Assembly: GCF_036321535.1 (NCBI RefSeq)
Contig: NC_087437.1
Location: forward strand, 21,454,001 to 21,518,000
Source: Camelus dromedarius
Taxonomy: Eukaryota
Direction: 5' to 3'
Length of the DNA stretch: 64,000 bases
How positions within the stretch are numbered: the first letter of the stretch is position 1; the number at the start of each line of letters is the position of its first letter. Made by a program: the position numbers and the translations under genes. The notes beneath the pieces were generated by a model, which was not told the origin of the DNA, did not search any database, and saw nothing but the letters and a program-made list of their open reading frames with translations. Shown here in pieces: positions 39,801 to 51,800 of the stretch.

Positions 39801-42800
39801 ACCATCTGAATATTATTTAAGCCCTCTGTCCACGTATGAATTGGGTTTAGGTTTTTTGTTATTGTTGAACTACAGGAGTTATTTATATATTCCGGATGTT
39901 AATTCTTTATCAAATATATGATTTGTAAACATTTCCCCCCATTTTGTGAGTTTCCTTTTCACTCACTAGTGTCCTTTTTTTTTCCCCTGTTTTTTTAACT
40001 TTTATTAATGGGAATCACAGCATTCACTTACCTCATGATCATGGTACTTCTTTTTCCTTTAGTGATCTGAAGAGTCACCATTATCAGTACAAATCAGAGA
40101 ACTGGTTCTCCTATCAATCTTAAATGAAATTTCAAGCCTAATATACCAAGACACATATCTTCCATATTACCACTGCAGTCAGTTTTCAGGAATCTAACTG
40201 CAGATTTAAGATAACAAGGACTATAAATTTTTTCAGAAAAATTTTTAAAATGCAAATTATACACTATGTCAAAATAATTTCAACACAGCTTTATTTCTTA
40301 TTATTTATGATTAAATTTAGGGTGATTTTTTCTACTTTGGAGAGTTCCAATAGTCAAGAAAATTAAAGAAAAATTACTCATAAATAGATGAAAATATCTT
40401 AACAGCATTTTTTGATGCACAAAAGTTTTTAATTTTGATGTTCCATTTATCTATTTTTTCTTTTGTTAGCTGTGCTTTTGATGCCATTTAAGAAATCACT
40501 GCAAAATTCAGTCATACACAGTCATAAAGATTTCCACTATGTTTTCTTCTAATAGTTTTATAATATTATCTTTCAAATTTAATCTTTGATTTTTTTTTTG
40601 AGATAATTTTTATATGCAATGTATGGTTCATTCCTTGCGTGAGGATACCAAGTTTTCTCAGCATCATTTGTTGAAAAGACTGTTCTTTCCCCACTGCGTG
40701 GTCTTGGCTCCCATGTTGAAAATCAACTGACCATTATATCAGTTTTCTTGGGTTGTGATAACAAAGTATGACAAATTGGATGGCTAAAACTAGCAATTTA
40801 TTGTCTCTCAGTTTTGGGGACTAAAAGTCCCCATGATGCTGGCAGGGCCTACTCCCTCTGAAACCTGTAAGGGAATCCTTCCTTGACTCTTCTCAGCTTC
40901 TGCTGGTTTGCAGCAATCTCTGGCATTCCTCGGCTTACAGATGCATTACTCCAATCCTCTTTTTTCACATGGTGTTCTCCCTGTGTCTGTCTTCACACAG
41001 CTGTCTTCATATGAGCCTCCTGAGGGACCGTGAGTTCAACCAGCCCAGGTACTAAAGAGGTATTTTATTTGATAATGAATAAATGCTGCTCTGCCAGTGA
41101 GAACTATCAGACTGTGTTTGACAGAAATGAAATTCACTGACACATGATGCTTTGGAGACATTCTACATCAGCATCTACTTACATACTTAAATCTGATTCT
41201 TTCCCCTGGTTCATCAAATATTTGTACAGCAATTTGTGCCAGGAGCTGGGGACACAGCTGTGAACAGAGACATGGCATCTCTGTCCCTATGAATATATTT
41301 TCTACCAGGGAAGTGAGACAGATAATTAATTACTCAATTGCTTACTTACAACAGGAATAAGTTCTATGAAGGAAAAATACAGGTTGACATGAATGTATTT
41401 AATAGGGAGACTCTGTCTAGTCTGGCAGGTCAAGAAAGCCTTCTTTGAGAAGTGACATGGAACTGAGCTCGGGAGGATAAGTACGAACAGACAAGGAGGG
41501 TGAACATTCCCAATAAAGTGTATTTCTTTACATTAAGAGGTCCTAAGGCAGGATGAAGCATGAAATGTGAAAGGCTAGTGTAGCTGACAAAGAGGGAAGA
41601 AAGTCACAAGATGAATGTGGCATCATTAATTCATAAAGTGGTAGAAGACAATCTGTAGTGCTGATCTCAAGTCATAGTGTATGTTTCAACATTCACTTAG
41701 CAGTGATTTACGTTTGTTTTAACAATAAAAGGAGAAGTGGAGGAAAAGCAGGAATAGCGAGATGGTAAATGAACTACCTTAGACAACTCCAACACAGGCT
41801 ACCATTCTGTGGCTCATAATATATTTTGTGTCACAAATAATTGGTAAGAACCATTAACACAAGTATCAGGTAAAAGGCATACTTGGTGCTGAGGGAACAC
41901 AGAGTAATTCAGATACTTGTATTATGAGACTGTAAATTCCTGGGGGCTGCTGCTCTAACTCACTTTTATATTCAGTTCAGCAACCAGCACCATGCCTTAC
42001 TCATGATGAGCCATCAAACAGTTCCGGAGCAAATCCCGGTTCAGTGACTCATAGTTTATGCTACTAATTGGCACACACCCTGGCCTGAGGTTAGTTGGCA
42101 GAAGCCTCCCTGACAGTGACAGAAGAAAGAAAACAACTCAAGATTTTTCAAAACAAAAGGAATTTAAAATAACCAAAAGGGAGGAGATGTCTCTTTAGAA
42201 TTATTTTAGAAAACAGGCTAAGCATAACCTGAGCAAATATATTGAAAAAAATTTTTAATCTGAAGAATATGAAGGAAACTCAAGGACTGAAAAAGTTAAA
42301 AAATGAGTTTCCTGGCATCTGAAAGAGGGAAAAAAAAAGAGAAAAATAAAAAGGAAGTTCAAAGTTTTAGACTTCTAATAGCAATTCTAAGGAAAACAAC
42401 ATTTCTGTGGCCACAAGAACAGAGTGCACCATGGACACGGGAGGAAAAACCAATGAGTGGGAGGAGGAGGCTCTGGCTGGGGCGGGAGCGGACGGTAAGC
42501 CCTCCCTGCTGGCTTGGAGAGGCGCCCACTCCCGGGCGGCGTCTCAGCTGTCTGCTGGAGAGTTCGTAGGACCTGCCAGCACCAAATGCCACAGTGCTCA
42601 CCTGGAACCAGGGAGCAAGATGAGACTCCATTATTTTAAGATAAAAGATAAATGAAGCCTTGTGGGTGGGGTGAGGGGATTGGAATTTTTTCTTTTTAAT
42701 ATCCAGCATTTCAGTTCCCACAAAGTTTCCAAAATTTATGAAAAGAACACAAATATCTCAAAAAAGGACAACCAAGAAGAAAACTCACAATTAATTGTTT

Positions 42801-45800
42801 TAGGAAAACAATGTCTCTCTACAACAGCAGCACCAGTAAGGGAAGTGTGAACTGCCTTGGCATCCGACTCTTCTATTTCTCCTAAAAGTGAGGGATGATC
42901 CTACTGCCACCTAAAAACTTCGCTCCCTAATGCTGTGACCTTCCTGCCATGAATGACCTTGTGTCCAGGTTCCGACGAAAGCAATCTCTGGCCAATGACC
43001 TAATCTCCAAATCTAATCCAATGCAACACTTCCAACCAGCTGTTTCCCTAGGAACACTTTCCTGCCCCTATTTCCATACCATCTACTTCCCAGATTCATT
43101 CTGATCCTTCATTTCACTCTCTGATTCCCTTTGAATTGGGTGGGTAGGGGAGAGAAACTCACTGTCCAAATCCTCAGTCGTCTTCTCTTCTACCCATACA
43201 ATCTCTACCAGAGAACACACCTACTCCTCCAGACTGTGTCCATGTCAACAGTTGTCAACTGGAAGTGATCTGCTCCCCAGGGGACATTTGGCAAAGCTGG
43301 AGATATTTTTGGTTGTCAAACCGGGTACTGGTATCTACTGGGTCAGGTATGCTGTTAAACACCCTACAATTCCCAGAATGATCTCAAGAACAAAGAATTA
43401 TCTGGCCCCAAATGTCAACAGTGCCACTGTTCAGAAACCTTGATCTCTACAGATGACTTTAATTCAGTTGTTCCTTCATCTGCTAATATTTGAGACTTGC
43501 TGTGCCCAAGACACTAGGTGGAGAGTTGGAGGGAGGCACATGGGTACCGTAAATGCACGCATCAAGCTGAGATGCGCTATGCCCTGAGAGGAAGAGTTCT
43601 TATCTGGAGGAAACAAGCCATGCCTCATTCTAAACCAGACTGATGTTCAAACTGCTTTTGGGATATCTCCACATTCACACATCCCAAACCAGACACTCTG
43701 TCATGTTCCCTTCTACCCACCCTCATCACCACCTAACTCGTTCGACCTCTTATATCCTCTATCATTTCTATCATAACCTCCCAAACATCAAGGCCAGAAA
43801 TACTGGTAACTGATTTTTTTTAATTTAATTTACTTTTTAAAAATTGAGGTAGAGTTGACTTACATTATATTAGTTTCAGGTGTACAACATAGTAATTCAA
43901 TATTTTATGAATGTACTCCATGGAAAGATATTATAAAACAGTGACTATATTCCTTGTACTGTACAGAGCATCCTTGTAATTTAATTATTTCACACCTGGT
44001 AGTTTGTAACTCTCAATCTTCTTCACCTATTTTGGCCCTTCCCCAGCCCTCTCCCCTCTGGTGACCACTAGTTTGTTCTCTGAATCAGTGAGTCTGTATC
44101 TGTTTTGCTGTATTTCTTCACTTGTTTTATTTTTTAGATTCCACATATACTATCCATCTTTATCTGACTTATTTCACCAAGTATAATAACCCTCCAGAAC
44201 AACTTATGTTGTCACAAATGGCAAAATGTTATTCTTTTTAAATTTTGAGTAATAATCCATTGTGTATATGTACATATATACCTACATAAATATACATATA
44301 AATACACACACATATCTACCACATCTTTATCCATTCACCTGTTGATGGACACTTAGGTTGTTCTCATAACTTGGCTACTGTACATAATGCTGCTATAAAC
44401 ATTGGAGAGGATATATCTTTTTGAATTAGTGTTTTCATTTTCTTCAGATAAATGCTGGGTCACATGGTAGTTCTATTTTTAATTTTTTGAGCAATTTCCC
44501 TACAGTTTTCCATAGGGAATTTACAGTCCCACCAAAGGTACACAAAGGTCAACTTATTTTTTTGTCTTTTTGATACTAGCCATTCTAAGGTGTGAGGTGA
44601 TAGCTCGTGGTGTTGATTTGCATTTCTCTGATGATTAGTGATAATGAGCATCTTTTCATTTACCTGTTGGCCATCTATATGTCTTCTTTGGAAAAATGTC
44701 TATTTAGATCTTCTGCCCATTTTTTAATTGGGTTGTTTGTTGTTTTGGTATTGAGTTGTATGAGTTCTTTATATATTTTGGATATTAATCCTTAATCCGA
44801 CACATCATTTGTAAATATATTCTCCCATTCAGGAGGTCATTTTCTCATTTTGTTGGTGGTTCCCTTCACTGTGTAAAAACTTTTAAGTTTTATTAGGTCC
44901 CATTTGTTTATTTTTGCTTTTGTTATCCTTGCCTGAGGAGACAAATCCAAAAAAACATTGCTAAGACCAATGTCAAAGAATTCACTGCCATACGCTTTCT
45001 TTTACTTTTATGATGTCAGGTCTTACATTTAGGTCTTTAATTCATTGAGTTTATTTTTGTATATAGTATGAGAAAAATAATTTCATTCTTTTACATTTAG
45101 CTGTCCAATTATCCCAACACTACTTACTGAAAAGTCTGTCTTTTTCTTATTGTATATTCTTGCTTCCTTTGTCATAGATTAAATGACCATATGTGTGTGG
45201 TTTTATTTCTGAGGTCTCTATTCTGTTCCATTGATCTATGTCCAGTTTTGTGCCAGTACCACACTATTTTGATTACTATAGCTTTGTAGCATAGTCTGAA
45301 GTCAGGGAGCATGATACCTCCATCTTTATTCTTTTTTCTCAAGACTACTTTGGCTAGTCAGGGTTTTTTGTGGTTCCATAGAAATTTTAAGATTATTTAT
45401 TCTAATTCTGTGGAGAATGTCATGAGTATTTTGATGGGGATTGCATTAAATCTGTAGACTGCTTTGCATTGTGAGGACAATTAAAAAAAATTAATTCTTC
45501 CAATCTATGAACATGGGATATCTTTCCATTTATTTATAGTGTCTTCAATTTCCTTCATCAGTGTCTTATAGTTTACAGAGCACAGCTCTTTCACCTCCTT
45601 CGTTAAATTTATGCCTAGATATTTTATTCTTTTTTATATGTCTGTAAATGGGATTCATTTCTCTTTCCAACAGTTTCATTATTAGTGTATAGAAATGCAA
45701 CAGATTTCTGTATATTAATATTGTGTCCTGTAACTTTGCTGAATTCATATTAGTTCTAGCAGGATTTTTTTTGGTGGAATCTTTAGCATTTTCCATATCT

Positions 45801-48800
45801 GGTATCATGTTATCTGCAAACAGTGACAGTTTTACTTCTTCCCTTCCAGTTGAATGCATTTATTTCTTTTTCTTGTCTGCTGTGCCTAGACTTCCAATAC
45901 TGTGTTAAATAGAAGTGGCAAGAGTGGGTATCCTTGTCTTGTTCCTGATCTTAGAGGAAATGCCTTTTTCCACCATTGAGTATGTTACCTGTAGCTCTGT
46001 CATATGGCCTTATTATTTTGAGGTATGTTCCTTCTATAGCAACTTTGTTGAGAATTTTTATCATAAATGATACTGAATTTTGAAAAAAAAAATTTCTGCA
46101 TCTATTGAGATGATTGTAGGTTTTTATCCTTGGTGCTGATGTGATATATCATATTAATTGATTAACTGATTTGTAGATATTGAAACATCCTTGCATCCCT
46201 GGAATAAATTCCACTTCATCATGATGTATGACCCTTTTTGTGTATTGTTGAATTCAGTTTGCTAGTATTTTGTTGAGGATTCTTGCATGTATTTCATCAG
46301 AGATACTGGCCTGCAATTTTTTTTGTAGTGTCTTTATCTGGTTTTGATATCACAGTAATGCTAGCCTCAAAGAATGATTTGGGTAGTGTTCTCTCCACTT
46401 CAATTTTTTGAAACAGTTTGAGAAGGATAGGTATTAACTCTTCTTTAAACGTCTGGTAAAACTCCCCTGTGAAGTCATCTAGTCCTAGAATTTCGTTTGT
46501 TGGGAATTTTTTGATTACTGATGGATATGGGTGGTAACTTTTTCCATTTCTAATTTAAAAGATTTGAACAGTCTCTCTTTTTTTTCTTAGAGCCTGGCTA
46601 AACTTTATCAATTTTGTTTATCTTTTCAAAAAACCAGCTCCTGGTTTCAATGATCTTTTCTATTGATTTTTTTTGGGGGGGCCCTCTATTTTATTTTTAT
46701 TTATTTCCACTCTGATCATTATTTGTCCCCTTCTGTTGACTTTGTGCTTTGTTCTTCTTTTTCTATTCCTTTAGATGGAAAGTGAGGTTGTTGGAGATTT
46801 TTCTTACTTCCTAAGGTAAGCTTCTATCACCACAATCTTCCCACATAGCACTGTTTTTGCTGTGTCCCATAGATTTTGGAAAGTACTTTAGTACTTTATA
46901 TATTTAGGTGCTCCTGTATTGGGTGCATATACGTTAACAAGTCTAATATTCTCCTCTTGGATTGACCTTTTTATCATTATTAATGCCCTCCTTTGTCTTT
47001 TGTTATAGATTTTGTCCTAAAGTCTATTTTGTGTGATATGAGTACTGCTACCCCAGGTTTTCATTACTCTTCGCATAGAATATCTTCTTCCATCCCCTCA
47101 CTTTCAGGGTGCATGTGTCTTTAACTCCAAAGTGAGTCTCTTGTACATAACATATAGCTGCGTTGTTTTTCAATCCAATCAGACCCTCTATGGTTTTTGA
47201 TGGAGCATTTAGTCTATTTACAGTAAAAGTGATTATTAATAGGTATGTACTTATTGCCATTTTGTTACTTGTTTTCTGGTTGCATTTGTACTTCCAAACT
47301 CTATCTGCTACCAGACTCCATGTGGTTCTTTCTGTACAACCTTGGCTGTAGAAGAGCTGTTCTGACATTCTTCAAGTCGTCCTCAGAGAGAGTTGCTTTA
47401 TATGTAGTTACCATTTTGATCTGTGTGTTGGGGGAGGTGAGCTCAGTGTCTTCCTATTTCACCATCTTGATCCCATCCAGGCAAATACTGGAAAATTTAA
47501 ACTTCTTCCTCTTGCTTATCACTGAATTAAAGGCCAAGTCCTTGTGAATTCACCTTGATTATATTTCTTAAACTTATCCCTACCCTCTACATTTACCACT
47601 TCTCTTCTCCACTGCCCCAGGCTCCAGCTGCTCTTTGGAGTCCAGTGCTTTGTAACAAAGAAAAAAATGTATAGCGTTTTTGGTGTTATTGTTTTTAAGA
47701 TAAGAAATACATGTTGAAGGCAATATAGAGGTAGTGGAAAGAGCGTGTGCTTTGGGCTCAAAAAGATAATCTGGAATCTTGATTCTATTTATTAACTGAG
47801 TGACCTTGAACAACTTACTTATTTCTCTGAGCCTCAGTTTCTTTCTCTGTAAAAATAGACATAACACCTAAATAACAGCTTTGTAAGGATAATGGAATCT
47901 AAATTATCACAGGTATTCACTATACAGTAGCCATTATGGTACTATAGTTGTATTTAATCCATACACTTCTATACACATCTCATATGTTACAGGTACTTAA
48001 ATATTAAATTTGGAGTAGATTGAAAATATAAATCATAATTACAATCTCGTGTTTCTGAAATTTGCTAGGTTCTCCTGAACCTTTTTAGGTATAAGTTAAT
48101 TTTGTAGATCTTCAATCCATGCTTATTTGAAAAACTGACACCAAACCAAAGGAATGGAAAATTTAATGACAGCAACAGTCTTTTCGCTATTATCCTGTAT
48201 AAGTGAAGCCCAGATACACGCAGGGAGCATATTAAGTAAGCCAGAAAGTAGGCCCACTTTCACTCTCTTAACCAAGCAAAACTGTTCTTAATTCACAAGT
48301 TTAAAATCCCCAAACAGGGTTCACAGCAATACGTTCGCTGTGATGTGAACCCTGCACTAGAGTTCTTAACTGCACAATGCACTTACTTGTTCCACGTAAT
48401 AAAAGTTGCTCTCTGTGTTGAAATTCCAAGACCAACAATTTGATTCATCTCTATTCCTGCAGCTAAAAACAGAGACAGATAAAACAAGTTTAAAGTTCAT
48501 GAAGTTTTGCTTCACAATAGTATCAATGTGGAAATCACTCAATATAATTTTAAGAAAAACAAACTGGGTTTAGCATTTTAATAACACGATTGGAGCTAAT
48601 AAAGCATTACTAGGACGATTTTTGTAGTACTTCTTTTTTCTTAAAGGGAAAAAAGGTCATATTGTAATAACAAAATGGCCTTTTTGCTTTAAAGGTTAGG
48701 GAAAAACACAACTTTAAGTAAGCCACGTATTTTCTTCTAGAAATTACTAAAAAATTAGATCTTAATTTACGCAATGATCAGCCATCACAGAAGCTGATTA

Positions 48801-51800
48801 ATGGCAGCAAGGGAAAAGTCCTTAGGGAAAATATGTAAATACTGAAGCACAGATCTTATTTTCCACATAAACAGATGTTAGAATACAAATTTAAACATGC
48901 ATTTTGGAGGTCCAAATTTCTTAGTGTATAGCAACTCAAATGTTTTCATGATATGCTTTTTAAAAAGCAATTTATCCCACTGAGCAAATTAGGAACAACT
49001 TCACCCCCCGGTATAGTACTCCTGCCAAAAATATTTAAGTTGAATCTATCATGAGGAAATAATTAGACAATCTCCAAATGCAGGACAGTCTATTAAACTG
49101 GTCTGTACCTTTGAAAACTGTCAGTGTCATGAAGAATACACTCTAGACTAAAGGAGACTAAACACACTGACTGTTAGGTGCAGTGTCTCATCTTTGGTTG
49201 GATTCTGAATTGAAAAAATAATTATTCATGACTAAGATCAGAGGGGAATATTGAAGACTAAGTATTAGAAAATATTCAATTTCCTATATAATAATTGCAC
49301 TGTATTTATGTAGAATACTCATTTTCTTTGGAGATAATGAAGTATATAGAGATGACAGGTTATTACATCACAACCACCTCTCACACTGGCCAGCCAAAAA
49401 GAAGAAACGTTTGCAGAGAATGGTAAACACCGCAAAATATGTTCGAATCTATGAGGAAGTATACAGGTGTTCAATGTAGTATTCCTGCCACCTTTTCTTA
49501 AAAATAAGTTTTGAAATACTTCAAACCTAAGGAGAAGCAATTCCGTCAGAAAAAAAAATGAAGTAAAAGATCTTTTAGAATTTACATTTACAAGTCATCA
49601 TTGGCTGTGTTCTTTAAGAAGGCTGCATTGAAAACATTCTTAAAGAGCTAAGATTTCAGACCATGGCTGTGGCCAGGAAGGCATTTTGCAGCAGAAGGGC
49701 CCACAGGAAAAAAAAAACAAAACAACAAAAACTTACTTTACAATAAAGGTAATTCAGCTGTAAACTGTGAGCAGGAACTGTGTGCTGTAACTTTGTTTAT
49801 AACACTCTGGTATTTTATACATAACAGGAAATCAAATTGGCACTAGCTACAGCCTAGAACAAAGAAGGAAGGTGAGCCCTTGTCCCGCAGCTCAAAAGGT
49901 TTACAGCAGAGGACAGAGCAGTTGCTACCTTCCCCTGACAAAGTGATTCACTGTAAACTGCAAATGTCCCTCCAAAATACTGGGAAACTGGGACCCCATA
50001 AAATACTACCATATGTATAACTATAACCTAGGGAACTCACAAAATTCTACAGACGCCTGAGGAAAACTCGTAATATATACAAAATGGACTTTACTGACTA
50101 GCTTTATTTTATAAATCCAGTTACCTTTGACCGATTCTTTTACTACAGCAACAAATTGAAGCCAGAGAACATCAGGGTCAATTTCAACCCAGCCAGTTTG
50201 TGGATAAAGACTCTCTACCTATGCAGGAAAAGAGAAGATACAGTAAAAGCATTAGATCAAATCAGTAGCATCCGGGTCTTAAGGTGGCTGGTTTAAAAAT
50301 AAATAAAAACATGATTTTATGTATTATATAACTCACTTCTATTGTTAAGATGGAAAAAAAATACATATCTGAAATAAAAAAGGATGATACACCAAAATAC
50401 GTTTTCTTTAGTTCATGAGTTTAGAGAAGATTTTAGTTTTCTTTATTTTATCTTTACTTTCTAAGCTTTCTACAATGAAGATGCATTGATTTTGTAATAA
50501 GAAAAAGTCAAACTTCAAAAAAAAAAGGTTAAAATTCGCAAATAAAGTACTGAGTTCCAGTTCAGACTGTGACGGAGTGAGCACACGCCACCCCGTCCCT
50601 CCCAATGAGTACTGGTAGGAGACCTGGACAGAACGCGTGGAGCAGTTCTGTGGACTGCACAAAGCATATGGTGGCAGGCAGACTGGGGAAGAAGATAAGT
50701 AATTAGAGTATCACTAAACTGGGGGTGAGCGTCTCATTTTTCTTGTGGCCTGACCTCAAGGCAGCCTGGAAACCAGCAGTATCTATCAGGGTATGGTGGA
50801 AACTCCAGGAGAGTTCTGGTTAACACTCAGAGGGAATGGGAGAAATCCTCCACTTTTCTTTTTTATCCCCCTTTGCCTCCACACTTTTCTATCTGGACTA
50901 TCCCACAGTGATGGCTGCAGCAGTAACCACAAGCACCTGAAATGCTGAGTGAGGGAACACTTCCTCTCTAATCAGATGAGCTGTGGGCCCAGGAGGCAAA
51001 GGTGAGCCCCCAATGGCCTTTTTCTGTCTGCTGTGTGCTCCTGGTCCCTAGCCCCAAATCCGAGCATACAAAGTGCCCAGCAGAATGGGAATAATGAAAG
51101 CTCCAGCTTCCGGCAAGAGGACCCAAATGGGGAGACTCAGGGAACTGAAAAGTACCAGGAAGATCTCAGAGGGAAGACCTTGCTAAAGCTACTCCAGAAA
51201 AGTCATGGATGAATTCCTAGGCTCACCTCGAAGCTGCACGTGTGTGAACAGAACCCTAATCAACACAGCAAAGATGCTAAGAGCAGAACTAAGGAACAGA
51301 CCACTGCCCAGGTCCCAGACTGATCTCAAGGTGGCAAACATTACACAGGGAAGATCAAAACACTACTGTTTGTTCTGTTTTGAAAACAGAACTAACATTG
51401 AAACCAAAGTCCACAGAAGGCTGGTCAGCACTTGTAGCCTGAACACAAGTGTATTTATCACCTACTAAAAGAAAAATACTAACATTCATCATAGGCTTTA
51501 CACAAGTCCCAGACAGAGTCTTATAACATGATATTCAAAATATCCAGGATACAATCCAAAATTACAAGGTATATGAAGAACCAGAAAAATCTCAGCTCAC
51601 ATGGGACAGATAATAGATACCAACACTGACATAACACAGATATCTGATAAAGACTTTAAAGCAGCTATTATTAAAATGCTCCAAGAAGTAAAGGCAAAAA
51701 AATGGAAAGATAGAAAGTCTCGGCAAATACATAAAATACATAAAGAAAAATGAAATGACAATTTCAGAATTTAAAAATACAATAATTAGGGGAGTGGAGG

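Noticed and set aside
45566..47368. Reverse transcriptase and endonuclease-like ORFs
   Set aside because: Frameshifted, stop-riddled L1 ORF2 remnants; not an intact or novel RT system.
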